Shown here: in pieces, positions 9,492-19,045 of the stretch
How positions within the stretch are numbered: position 1 is the first letter of the stretch
Layout: each line of letters opens with the position of its first letter
NCBI GenBank assembly: GCA_963771075.1
Contig: CAVYSE010000003.1
Location: 375,863-439,862 of the forward strand
Direction of reading: 5' to 3'
DNA: 64,000 nt
Origin: a candidate division FCPU426 bacterium
GTDB taxonomy: Bacteria; Oederibacteriota; Muellerivitia; Muellerivitales; Muellerivitaceae
Notes under the pieces: model-generated
Databases searched by the model: none
The model's input: only the letters and a program-made list of their open reading frames with translations
What the model was told of the DNA's origin: nothing
Program-made: the position numbers and the translations under genes

Positions 9492-10964
9492 TTACTTCTT
9501 CGCCACCTCCTTGTCGGCCAAGGTGTTCCTGGCAAATTCCAAAGCCTCGTTTTTCGCCTTCTCATTGGCGGTCTCCAAATAAACCCACCAATTGGCGAAA
9601 CCTTTTTTGGCGCAAAAGTTGTGGAGAATTTCCAGCATCTCCGGTGTGTACTTGATTGGTTTTTGGCCGACATCCCTAATAACTCCCCGGAAAACCACCG
9701 TGTTCCTTCCGCCTTCCTTGGCGGCATAAAGGCCGTGATCCGCCGCCGTTAGGATTCCCTCAAGATTGGTCCCATCCTCGCCCCATTCAACGAGTGCTTG
9801 GCTTATGGTCACCGGGTAATGGATGAGAAAAATGTCGTCCTTCTTGTGGTCGAACCCATCCGTAAAGTGCCGTATGTCCTCTTTCTGGATGATCTCATTC
9901 GCTTCAACAACAACCTTTTCCTCGCATTGCTTCCTGAATTGCTCCGCTTTTTCCACTGCCTCTTCTTCGGTCCCGTCGAGCACCCAGACAATCTCCTCGC
10001 CCCCATAACGCCAAATCCTGTTCTTGGTGAAGATTTGTTGGCCCGCCTTCGCTAAAGCTTTCAAGACGGCGTTTCCGACCTGATGGTTGTAGTGGACATC
10101 GTTGAAGGATTTGAAAAAGTCGATATCGGCCATGGCGACGTAAAAATGGTTCTTTCTGCGGGCGGCAAGGGCGGGTATCTGTTGGACCGCCGCCCGGTCA
10201 TTCAAAAGCCCGGTCCTGTGGTCCACCAGGGTTTCCTGAACAAGATCCTCCTGCGTGGTCTGGCTTTCCGATTCGGCCCTCATCTCCTTTTCCAGGAAAG
10301 GGTCAAAAAGTTGGGCAAACACCCATTTGAGGGGTTTGACTTTTTTCAGCTTCCCCAAGGCCTCGTGGCGTCTTTTCTTTTTAGCCATTTCATAAAGCCG
10401 GTTGATTTTGGGGTCCGAAACCCCGGCTTGCATGAGCGTGGTGCAAAGGGTGATGGTCCGGTGGAACTTACCGCTGGCGAAATGCGAAACGGCCAGGAAG
10501 GTCAAATAGTTGTAGTTTTTTGGATACCGCAGGCTTAAGGACTCGAACTTCTCAATGGCGGATTCATACTTTCCCGTTCGAATGCACAGTTCCCCTTCCA
10601 ATGCCACAGCCTCGGGGAAATCCCTCCTCATGGAAGAAATCTCCTTTAAGCTTTCCCGGCAATCGGAATAGAGGCCCATTTGGAGTTGTGCGCGGGCAAG
10701 CAGAACGAGACTTTCCGGGGTCTTGGGGGAAAAATTATGGAGCCGGTTGATTACCTTGAGGATGGATTGGGGTTGTTTGTACTTGGCGTAAATCTTCGCG
10801 GATTCCAGGTGGGCTTCCACGTTCTGGGGCTGGTGCCTAGCTATCACTTCGTCAAAGAGCTTCAAAGCTTCCTTGAACCGGTTTGTTTCCATGCACAAAT
10901 GCGCGGATTGAAGGCACCGCCTTGCTAATTCCGGGTTGATTTGCAATACGTTTTCTTCCATCAC
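9492..10964 (-). CDS. TPR-repeat diguanylate cyclase (GGDEF domain)
   Basis: N-terminal TPRs; DHRTGLLN, DIDFFKSFND, GNAVL, RYGGEE and ADHGLYAAKEGGRN. Confidence 0.9.
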   Translation of the reverse strand: MMEENVLQINPELARRCLQSAHLCMETNRFKEALKLFDEVIARHQPQNVEAHLESAKIYAKYKQPQSILKVINRLHNFSPKTPESLVLLARAQLQMGLYSDCRESLKEISSMRRDFPEAVALEGELCIRTGKYESAIEKFESLSLRYPKNYNYLTFLAVSHFASGKFHRTITLCTTLMQAGVSDPKINRLYEMAKKKRRHEALGKLKKVKPLKWVFAQLFDPFLEKEMRAESESQTTQEDLVQETLVDHRTGLLNDRAAVQQIPALAARRKNHFYVAMADIDFFKSFNDVHYNHQVGNAVLKALAKAGQQIFTKNRIWRYGGEEIVWVLDGTEEEAVEKAEQFRKQCEEKVVVEANEIIQKEDIRHFTDGFDHKKDDIFLIHYPVTISQALVEWGEDGTNLEGILTAADHGLYAAKEGGRNTVVFRGVIRDVGQKPIKYTPEMLEILHNFCAKKGFANWWVYLETANEKAKNEALEFARNTLADKEVAKK

Positions 10965-11305
10965 AAAAGCCTTTGAAAATTGGTGACAAGGACTCTTCCA
11001 TCTTCTTCCTTAGTTTCCATCAGATAAAAACAGATCAAGAAACTCAGGGAAGCCAGAAGAACAAGGGGCCAATTCGCTCTTGGTATCAGTTCCGGGGGTG
11101 CTTGCATTTGTTTGGGTTTCCTGAAAAGGGCGTAAACCAATGATTGGCTTTCTTCCGGCTCGCCCTTTTCCTGGACCTTTAGGAAATCCTCCAAACATCT
11201 CTCTGCTTTCTGGTACCGGTCCTTCTTCCAATAAAGCCGGGACATTACGAGACATCTCCTCGCCAAATTGGGTTTGATCTGAAATAGGATCTTTGTTTCA
11301 TCCAT
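10961..11305 (-). CDS. Small membrane protein, chimera of flanking gene ends
   Basis: N-terminus resembles the GGDEF gene N-terminus; C-terminus resembles the VirB8-like gene C-terminus; one TM segment. Confidence 0.5.
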   Translation of the reverse strand: MDETKILFQIKPNLARRCLVMSRLYWKKDRYQKAERCLEDFLKVQEKGEPEESQSLVYALFRKPKQMQAPPELIPRANWPLVLLASLSFLICFYLMETKEEDGRVLVTNFQRLL

Positions 11306-11307
11306 GG

Positions 11308-11904
11308 CTAAAACCTCTGAAAATCGGTAACAATCAGTTTTCCGTTGTCCCGCTTAACCACAACCACAAGGTGAAAAGGCAACTCGATCTGGGAAGAAGG
11401 CCCCCTGACGTCCGAGTTGTAAAGATTCTTCCCGATGACCTTCACCCAATAGTGGGTCCCGTCCGTGTTTTCCACGCTCGACCGGTCGATCTGCTGGTAG
11501 GAGACATAAGCCTTGTTATCCGATAGAAAGGCGATCCACTTAGGGTCCAGGAAAGCCTCCTGGTAATAGGACATCATGTTGTCGCTCATAAGGCTCGCCA
11601 CCTTGTCCACTTGGCGGTTGACGTCGGTGTAGCTGATGTTGAAAGCCATGATGGAGAACTTCTCGGCGAAATCTGTTATTTCCCTGGTCTGGGGGTCCTT
11701 ATCCCCTATGGGGGAACCTCCACTGGAAACATCCTTCTTGGAATCCACCACCTGGGCAGTCTTTCCCCAAAAGAGGGTTGAACCCAAACCACAGATGGCG
11801 ATAACAAGCCCGATGATGATTTTCCAGGTGTATCCCTGTTTTTTCGGTTCCTCTTCGATGACATCAAGAATCGAATGGCCTTCCTCCTTTTTCGGTTCGA
11901 TCAT
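11308..11904 (-). CDS. VirB8/TrbF-like bitopic T4SS component
   Basis: Single N-terminal TM followed by an NTF2-like domain ending LIVTDFQRF; next to VirB4. Confidence 0.55.
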   Translation of the reverse strand: MIEPKKEEGHSILDVIEEEPKKQGYTWKIIIGLVIAICGLGSTLFWGKTAQVVDSKKDVSSGGSPIGDKDPQTREITDFAEKFSIMAFNISYTDVNRQVDKVASLMSDNMMSYYQEAFLDPKWIAFLSDNKAYVSYQQIDRSSVENTDGTHYWVKVIGKNLYNSDVRGPSSQIELPFHLVVVVKRDNGKLIVTDFQRF

Positions 11905-11980
11905 TTCATGCCGACCTTCCATAAACCTTTTAGGGAGGTCGGTATAGTCCAGATATTCTTTAAAACTATTTTAGTTTTCA

Positions 11981-14554
11981 TCAGGGCATCAATACCTCTT
12001 CCGGCTTATTCACAACCGGCTGGCCGACTTTTTCCTTTTGGGCGGGTTTTAAGACCGTTTTGTTTTCCTTGTCCTCAATCCATCTTGCGATGGCCCCTAA
12101 AGTCGCTACTGGGTCCTCATCAGGCGCGTAAGTTTCCAGATAAAGGTCACGGACTGCGGCTTCAGGGCCGTAAGTGGTTGCGATGTGATAGGCCAATTCG
12201 TCGGGGTAGATGTTCACGATTCCCTGCCGGAGGGTCTGGTGGATCAGGGCTTGGGAATAGACACCTTTGACCAAATGCAGGTTCATCACTTTTTCCACTT
12301 GGTTGGGATTCAGTTGCAAAAGCCCTTTGGCGTGTTCGATGTCGTCCCCGACCAGCTTTAAGAGGATTTTGGTAGATGTGTTCTTCAGGATGGCCTCAAC
12401 GCCCTTCACCCCAAAAAACTCCCCGATCTCCTGAGTGGCAAAAATGGGTTGGAGCCTCAAATGCCGTGCGGTCTTGGCAATCCTAAGTAGGAAGGCTAAT
12501 CCAGCAGGGTATTGGGCCAAGTACCAACACTCATCCATGGCAAGTTGGGACAAACGGTTCAATTCCTTGTTCTGCTTGGCTTTTTGAAGGCAGTAATTGG
12601 AAATGACGAATACCGCCAAACCCACGGCCTTTTTATCGTTGTCGCTTATACCTGACGTGTCAAAAACGATGAAGGAATTATCCGCTTTGACGGTGGATTC
12701 CCTGTCCGTCAGGTTGGCGTACATCCCCTTGCCTGTGAAAAGCTTTAAGACTTCGGCTTGCTTGCGGCAGAGATATTGGAACTCGGCGGGAACTTTTTTG
12801 TCTTCGGCCTTCTTCAGAAGAGTTTCTTTGAGGTCAGTTAATAGGGGCACCCGGCTTTCCCCTATTGTGTTCTGATAAGTTAGTTTGACTGCCTCCTGGA
12901 GAAGGGCCTTGTCCAATTCCTCCGTTTCCTCGATACGGTTTTCTTTTATATTGGCGAGCACTACCCCCAGAAACATGACGATACTGGAAATATGTTCCGG
13001 GTCGATCTCCCCTTCCTTTTCCTTTATCTCATCCAGGGGATAATCGAAAATATTCAGGTGGTGTTTGCTGTCCAGGTCGTAGTTGAGGTATCTCCCCCCG
13101 GCCAAACGACAAAGGGTTTTATAAGATTGGGACTTGTCGATAATCATGACGTAGGGGTTCATGGGAAGGTTCTTGATGAGAAGCTGGTTGATGCTGAAGG
13201 ATTTCCCCGTGCCGGATGACCCCACGACCAGCACGTTCCAGTTTTCCGTTTCCCTGCTCCACAGGTTCAAATGAACCATTTCGCCCGAAAGGGTTTTACC
13301 CAATGGAACCCCGTCCGTATCCGCGATGGGGTCATACAAACACGGAACAGCGTTTGCCATGACCGCCGTGGCCTGGAGATGGTCATGGCCCGCTACATCC
13401 GTGGCTTGTGGAATAGTTGAAAGAAACAATCGCTTCTGCTCCGCGTACCCGGAAAGGGGGTGGACGTTCTTGAACATCCGCGAAAGGCTCTCATAGCTTG
13501 AGGTAAGTTCCTTTTGGCTTTTGGAAAACAAGGTGATGTAGAGGGAGAATTTGGCGAGAGATGTTTTCCTTTCCGAAACGAGGGAAAGGACGCTTTGGCG
13601 GTAATCAAGCGCCGCCTGAGCATCGAAGTTCATGACGTTCTTTCGTTTCCACAAGGCCCCCTGGTCGCTTTGAATCTGTTTTTCCACGATGGATTGGGCT
13701 CGAAACAGGTCTACCCCTTTGATATAGAGGGAAACCTTGAAATCGTCGGTCCGCTCGTAAAGCTCCTGGAAGAAAAGGTTCTGTTCGTTGAAGGATGGGA
13801 ATTCCGTCACATAGAGAGTTTTTCCGAAGGTTTCCCCAACTTTGAAAAAGGTCGGATCGCTGAAATCCCAAGGGGTCGGAGAAAGCATTTCCCGTAGGGT
13901 TTGAATCCCATATTCACCCCCCGAATAACCCGAGGATTTCTTGAACCTGTCAGGATTCCCCTGGAATCTTTCGAGTGATAACTCCTCATATAAGAGGGTG
14001 ATGATTTCCTCTTCGGTGGCTTCCTGGGGCTCCAAACCCACGATATTGAGCTGGGAAACCCAGGATTTCCCTCGCCGAAGGACTTCCTCAATAGGCATAA
14101 CATCCCTCTCTTTGGCTTTACCGGAAGCTTTGGGAGGGGCGACCGTAAAGAGGATGTAAGACCTGAAATGGCAAATCCTTTCCTCCATATAAAACCGCCT
14201 GAGCCAATTCCTCAAAAACTCCGGGTATTGGTTCCTGAAAACTTCCGGGGCATTCTCGTGAATTCTTTCGTCATAACATCGAATGACGTCCTCGACATCC
14301 GCCAAAACCCTTTTGGTAAGGAATTGGACTTCCTCGCCGCTCCTCAAATCCGCCAAAACGGAATCCAACTTCCTGACTTTTTCTCCCAACACATCGGGGT
14401 CTTCCATCCACGGGTTTAACCCACCGGCTAGTTTGAAAAGACAGGCGTATTGGTCCGGGTTCCTCAAGACGAGGTAGCCCGGCCCCACGGAACGAATCCT
14501 CAACAACCCGGCGACAGGGTTGTTCTTAGGTTTTGATCCAAATAGATTCCTCAT
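11981..14554 (-). CDS. VirB4/TraC-like type IV secretion ATPase
   Basis: Walker A GSSGTGKS, IIDK, Walker B MDECW, KTARH and ATQ motifs. Likely start ATG 14554, overlapping the upstream stop. Confidence 0.88.
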   Translation of the reverse strand: MRNLFGSKPKNNPVAGLLRIRSVGPGYLVLRNPDQYACLFKLAGGLNPWMEDPDVLGEKVRKLDSVLADLRSGEEVQFLTKRVLADVEDVIRCYDERIHENAPEVFRNQYPEFLRNWLRRFYMEERICHFRSYILFTVAPPKASGKAKERDVMPIEEVLRRGKSWVSQLNIVGLEPQEATEEEIITLLYEELSLERFQGNPDRFKKSSGYSGGEYGIQTLREMLSPTPWDFSDPTFFKVGETFGKTLYVTEFPSFNEQNLFFQELYERTDDFKVSLYIKGVDLFRAQSIVEKQIQSDQGALWKRKNVMNFDAQAALDYRQSVLSLVSERKTSLAKFSLYITLFSKSQKELTSSYESLSRMFKNVHPLSGYAEQKRLFLSTIPQATDVAGHDHLQATAVMANAVPCLYDPIADTDGVPLGKTLSGEMVHLNLWSRETENWNVLVVGSSGTGKSFSINQLLIKNLPMNPYVMIIDKSQSYKTLCRLAGGRYLNYDLDSKHHLNIFDYPLDEIKEKEGEIDPEHISSIVMFLGVVLANIKENRIEETEELDKALLQEAVKLTYQNTIGESRVPLLTDLKETLLKKAEDKKVPAEFQYLCRKQAEVLKLFTGKGMYANLTDRESTVKADNSFIVFDTSGISDNDKKAVGLAVFVISNYCLQKAKQNKELNRLSQLAMDECWYLAQYPAGLAFLLRIAKTARHLRLQPIFATQEIGEFFGVKGVEAILKNTSTKILLKLVGDDIEHAKGLLQLNPNQVEKVMNLHLVKGVYSQALIHQTLRQGIVNIYPDELAYHIATTYGPEAAVRDLYLETYAPDEDPVATLGAIARWIEDKENKTVLKPAQKEKVGQPVVNKPEEVLMP

Positions 14555-14841
14555 GTTTCCAACTCGCTTGGTTCCCGTCCCGGAAAATAGTTCCTCGGTT
14601 CGTTGTTGTAGCGGATGATGTTTTCCAGGTGTTTCTCCGGCCAAAAACTTTTCATCACGAAATAGAGGGTGGCGAGTGTCAGGATTCCGAAAAAAATAAC
14701 AAGAGACCCTTCCAGGCCCCAGAAGATCATGAAACCAACGAAGGCAAAGGCATTTCCGATGAATACGAACATCAGCTTGTTGAAGTCGGAGGAATAAAAG
14801 AGTCCCCACATTTTGGATTCCTTCTCAAGGGGTATCGCCAT
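14551..14841 (-). CDS. Small two-TM protein, VirB3/PrgI-like
   Basis: 96 aa with two hydrophobic helices, immediately upstream of and coupled to VirB4. Confidence 0.55.
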   Translation of the reverse strand: MAIPLEKESKMWGLFYSSDFNKLMFVFIGNAFAFVGFMIFWGLEGSLVIFFGILTLATLYFVMKSFWPEKHLENIIRYNNEPRNYFPGREPSELET

Positions 14842-16749
14842 TTAAGCCGTCCCCTTTTCATTTCCACCGCTGCCCCCCGGCTTTTTTCCTTGTCGTTCTC
14901 CACCGTCCTGCAACTTTTTCGCGTAGTCGGAAACAAGCTTTCGTTTGGTCCTTTCATCCGGGGAAAGATTTTGGTTGTTTTGGGAATCCCTCTTGAGGCT
15001 TCCGGCGATGATGTTGCCGGATGCTTTCTTGAGAAAACTGGATATCGGGTTATCGGGGTCTCCGCTGGGCCTTGGCCTTCCGCCCAAGGCTCCAATCCGG
15101 GCAATGGTGTTGGCCCCCTTTGCCAACCTCTGGGCGGTCAAGGCACCGCTTGCGGACCCAACCCCCGGAATAACGGAACCGACAGCCGCCCCAACTGCTG
15201 TTGCCGCTGCCTGCCCCGTTTCGCCAGTGACTTTTTTCATTCCCCCAAAAACCCCAAGCCTTGCTTGGTTAGAACCACCAACCGCCGCTTTGGTGTCACG
15301 GGTGAACTGTTTGTAGCCTTCCCCGCTCAAATTCCCTCCCTTGAAGGCAGTGAAAAGGGACGCGAATTCATGGGCGTTGGCGATAAGTTGAAGTCCGGCC
15401 AGTACCGCCACCGCCGTCAGAAGGCTGTTCACCCCGATGGTTTCCACCCCCCAATTGATGTTCGGGATCAGGTAAAGTCCGACCAGGGTGATGGCCCAAA
15501 TGACTGAATAGAGCAAGAGCTTCACGAAGTAACGGGCCGCTCCCCAAAAAATTGGAGCCGTCGAGGGGTGCCCCAAACAGCCGATGAAGATGGGGCCAAG
15601 AATGAACAGAACCCACAGATTCAACACCTGGAAGAATTTCGCAAAAATGACCGAGAAACAGACGATGAGCCCCCAGATGGCGACCCCACATTTCAAAAGT
15701 CCCGCCGAGAATTGGGCCAAACGGCTTGTCGGTGGAGCCGCCGCCGTATTACTCGCCGTCCCGATATTGGGAGAAGCCTGCCCCGATTGCTGGGGGAATT
15801 GAATCCCGTTATCCTGGATTAACCCTTGGAGTGAAAAGTTGCTTTGGGTCTGGCTGGGGATAACCGGCTGGCTTCCGATGGTATCTGCGCCCTTTGAAAT
15901 GAGAACGTGGACAAGGGTTGGCATTCCAAGGATAAGAATGATCCCGGCCATGGCCTGGAAAAACCGATGGTTCCCTTTTTCGGACTCCCCCGCCGAAACC
16001 GCCGAATAGCAGTTGTAAAAGCCAATCACCACCAACCCTAAGGCAACCAGATAAATAAAATCCCAGGTGATCCCCTGGACCGTGATGAAATTTCCCCGGT
16101 AGTCATACTGCGACAACTGGAAGGCGTTGTTCCCTCCGTCCGAGTTCAGGTCGATATTCTGGAAACCCTGCAAAACCCCCGATGTCCTCAATGTGTTCTG
16201 GTTGTAGATGTAGTAACCCATGGCCGTCACGCCGGTCGTCATGTAGGAAAGAATGGTCGGCCAGCCGAAAAGGCATAGAAACGCCCCCACGAATCCGATC
16301 ACGAGATTTGGGTCCACAAACCTGTTCCAAAGGCCGGACGACCTCTGCCCCGTGTCGATCACGAACCCCACGATGAGGATGAAAAGGCCCGTCCCACTGG
16401 TGATCTTCAGGAGATTCAAGACCACCTGGACGGCGTTTGCCCCCGTATTGCTTGAAAGGGCCGTGTAGGTATTGGGTGAGGCCAAATTCGGAATGTATAT
16501 AAGGAAGGTGCCGATATATTTGTCGTAAATCCCGAATAAAGTCTGCAAGGCCCAATTTCCAATCTTATCCATCCCCTGGGCGACCCAATCCCCCGCGTGT
16601 TTCGCCATGGAATCGAAGATCCCAGCCGAGACCCCTTCCTCGATTGTCTGGGACGTTGGCCCACTATCCGTGGATAAAACCGAAAGGGCATAAGTCCTTG
16701 TGGCTCCCAATAGGAAAATGAAGATAAGGAGTGGAAACCACTTAACCAT
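14842..16749 (-). CDS. VirB6/TrbL-like polytopic membrane protein
   Basis: Multiple TM segments, LWVLFILGPIFIGCL..TAPIFWG motif and a Gly/Ala-rich tail. Confidence 0.7.
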   Translation of the reverse strand: MVKWFPLLIFIFLLGATRTYALSVLSTDSGPTSQTIEEGVSAGIFDSMAKHAGDWVAQGMDKIGNWALQTLFGIYDKYIGTFLIYIPNLASPNTYTALSSNTGANAVQVVLNLLKITSGTGLFILIVGFVIDTGQRSSGLWNRFVDPNLVIGFVGAFLCLFGWPTILSYMTTGVTAMGYYIYNQNTLRTSGVLQGFQNIDLNSDGGNNAFQLSQYDYRGNFITVQGITWDFIYLVALGLVVIGFYNCYSAVSAGESEKGNHRFFQAMAGIILILGMPTLVHVLISKGADTIGSQPVIPSQTQSNFSLQGLIQDNGIQFPQQSGQASPNIGTASNTAAAPPTSRLAQFSAGLLKCGVAIWGLIVCFSVIFAKFFQVLNLWVLFILGPIFIGCLGHPSTAPIFWGAARYFVKLLLYSVIWAITLVGLYLIPNINWGVETIGVNSLLTAVAVLAGLQLIANAHEFASLFTAFKGGNLSGEGYKQFTRDTKAAVGGSNQARLGVFGGMKKVTGETGQAAATAVGAAVGSVIPGVGSASGALTAQRLAKGANTIARIGALGGRPRPSGDPDNPISSFLKKASGNIIAGSLKRDSQNNQNLSPDERTKRKLVSDYAKKLQDGGERQGKKPGGSGGNEKGTA

Positions 16750-17112
16750 TCAATTTCCTGACAAGACGGAACTGACTGGCCTTGCTCCGAATTCACCGGC
16801 CTTGAGGATGACGACATTCAAAACAACTCCCGCCATGAGGATTCCCACGATGGCAAGGACGCTTCCCCAAACCCTATCCTTGGCGGTCATATCCCCCTTG
16901 CTGGATTCGGCTAGGTGGTCCAGGACGTTCTTGACGCACTGCAAAATCTTCCAAAGACCATAAGCGTCCAATAAAAAAAGTATGATCGTCTTGACCGGCG
17001 ATAATTCCGGCATACTGGTCAAGGCTTGGGGACTTGCCTCCCCCGCGCAAATGAATAGCCAAGCCGTGATCCCGACCGTCTTAATCCAAACTAACCATTT
17101 TCTTTTTCCCAT
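16750..17112 (-). CDS. VirB2/pilin-like small hydrophobic protein
   Basis: Signal peptide plus two hydrophobic segments; upstream of the VirB6-like gene. Confidence 0.45.
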   Translation of the reverse strand: MGKRKWLVWIKTVGITAWLFICAGEASPQALTSMPELSPVKTIILFLLDAYGLWKILQCVKNVLDHLAESSKGDMTAKDRVWGSVLAIVGILMAGVVLNVVILKAGEFGARPVSSVLSGN

Positions 17113-17128
17113 GTTGAACTCCTTAAAG

Positions 17129-17998
17129 TTATTGTGCTGGCGGTGCCCCACCCGCGTTAGCGGAACCCTGGTTTTGAAGTGACTTTACGGTGACAGCTCC
17201 CAATTGCTGGAGACCAACGCTTCCCCCAGCTTGGTTCGTATTGGTTCCCGAATTTGTAAGGGCTGGTCCGGTGATTTGTCCGGCCCCTGCTGATGACCCA
17301 ATTCCTTGTCCCGAGCCTCCCAAAAGCGAGCTTAAATTCGGTATCCCAAGGGCTTGTAATATCTGGGCCACGGCCATGGTCCCCAGTATTCCGCTCAAGC
17401 TGGCAATGACCGTCCCAACGATTTGGTTGAAGGATTGGGCCAATGAGCTTTCGCTTTGGGTGGGCTGATATCCGGGCGCGATGTACGGCTGTGGAACAGC
17501 GGCGACCTGGTTGGCCGCTTGGTCGGCCCCTTGGACGTTGCCCGCTTGCAAGGCCTGGGCTTCCTGGCTGTAAAGCGCCCCGACCTGTTGGAACTGGGGA
17601 TCGTTACTTTGCTGCAATTGGGTTGAATATTGTTGGAGCTGGGACGCGCTTTGGGGCGCAAAAGCCGTCCCGGCTGTATTGGCAAGCTGTTGGCTCAAGG
17701 TGGAAAGGCCCTGCATAACCTGGGATTTGACCCAATCCGATTTCGAAGCTTGGTTGTATTGGCTGGCGGTAAAGCATTGTTTTTTCCGGGGACTATAAGC
17801 GTAATTTCTGGAAACCAAGGACGAACGGGCCACCTCAACCTTTGGGAATTGGGAAAGTTGTTTCATCAGCCAATCCCTAAAATCAACCACATTTGCCTTC
17901 AGCGCCTCTTCTGTTTTGAGATCATCAGGATCGTTGGAGGCGATCACAGGTGGGTGGGCAACAAACAAAATGAGGAAGATTACAAAAATTCGGTTCAT
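17129..17998 (-). CDS. Secreted Gln/Gly/Ser-rich hypothetical protein
   Basis: Signal peptide from ATG 17998; low-complexity Q/S/G regions. Confidence 0.6.
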   Translation of the reverse strand: MNRIFVIFLILFVAHPPVIASNDPDDLKTEEALKANVVDFRDWLMKQLSQFPKVEVARSSLVSRNYAYSPRKKQCFTASQYNQASKSDWVKSQVMQGLSTLSQQLANTAGTAFAPQSASQLQQYSTQLQQSNDPQFQQVGALYSQEAQALQAGNVQGADQAANQVAAVPQPYIAPGYQPTQSESSLAQSFNQIVGTVIASLSGILGTMAVAQILQALGIPNLSSLLGGSGQGIGSSAGAGQITGPALTNSGTNTNQAGGSVGLQQLGAVTVKSLQNQGSANAGGAPPAQ

Positions 17999-18060
17999 GC
18001 CAACCTTCCATAAAATGGACAAGGTTGTTGGTATTGTCCCGATTTCCTCATTCATTCTTT

Positions 18061-18525
18061 TCATTGAATATCGGGACATTCCGTTCCCATTCCCTTCCTG
18101 GCAAATAACAATTCCGCCACCTCCTGGTGCCTTTCGACCCCGCTAAGGACGATCCCAAAAGGATCTACGCCTGGGATTTCGATAAAGAGGTCCCCGATGT
18201 TGAAAAGCTTTTGGACGAGGTTTTGTTTGCAGGTGATATCGATGATCTTGTCGAAAGGAATGGCCGTGGAGTACTTGACCAGGATTCCGGTCCTGATTTC
18301 AATCCGATCCGGTCGAATGATGTACTTTGTGGTCGCCAGGAAAATCCAAAGGCAAAAAAGCAGGAGTATTTCCAGAATCCAGAATGCCGGAAAGACATAG
18401 GCAATTTCGACCCCCTGAGGAACCAGGAGAAACAAGGCTAAGGGAACGATGAAAATGGAAAGGTATTGGAAGAAGGAAGGATGGAAAACTTTGATTTCTT
18501 CCGTATTTTGTTTTTGGCTTTCCAT
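18061..18525 (-). CDS. Membrane protein with bacterial PH (bPH_2/YdbS-like) domain
   Basis: Two TM segments, then KYIIRPDRIEIRTGIL..IPFDKI..QNLVQKLFNIGDLFIE. Confidence 0.8.
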   Translation of the reverse strand: MESQKQNTEEIKVFHPSFFQYLSIFIVPLALFLLVPQGVEIAYVFPAFWILEILLLFCLWIFLATTKYIIRPDRIEIRTGILVKYSTAIPFDKIIDITCKQNLVQKLFNIGDLFIEIPGVDPFGIVLSGVERHQEVAELLFARKGMGTECPDIQ

Positions 18526-18538
18526 AACTCACCTTTAA

Positions 18539-19045
18539 TTAATAAAGCTGCACGAACGCGGGGTCGCTGTCTTGGGTGACATAGACCGTCAAACCAAAAT
18601 CCTTGATATAGGGCCGGTCCACCCTGATCCGGCACTTGTAGGGGTTGTCCATTGGCGCTCCCCCTTTCAGGAAAACTTCTCCTCCGGATTGCCTTTTCAA
18701 AAGCCAGCCCTGGATGGTCTGGTCGCATGAAATATCGATGATGAAATTGAGGCCTAAATTAGTAACCAAGGCGCTGACCTTGGCTTCGTCGGTTTCGGTT
18801 TGGAAATTGTAGGTTTGGGTCTGGAAAGGGGTCGCGGTGGGGGGCGTCACCGGTTCGGCCTTCTTCCCCCGGCGGGGGCTGGAAATTCCCCCACTTGGGT
18901 TTCCTGCCCAATAGTCGCCCGGAGCCTTATGTTCCATGACCTGTTCAATGGCCCATTGGTCCCTTTCCCGGATTGACACAAAAGGGTTCTCCTCCGCAAA
19001 TGCGGAAGAAAAGATTAAAAAGAACAATGGAATCAATTTCCTCAA
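18539..19045 (-). CDS. Secreted hypothetical protein
   Basis: Signal peptide (SAFA); part of the operon. Confidence 0.6.
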   Translation of the reverse strand: MRKLIPLFFLIFSSAFAEENPFVSIRERDQWAIEQVMEHKAPGDYWAGNPSGGISSPRRGKKAEPVTPPTATPFQTQTYNFQTETDEAKVSALVTNLGLNFIIDISCDQTIQGWLLKRQSGGEVFLKGGAPMDNPYKCRIRVDRPYIKDFGLTVYVTQDSDPAFVQLY

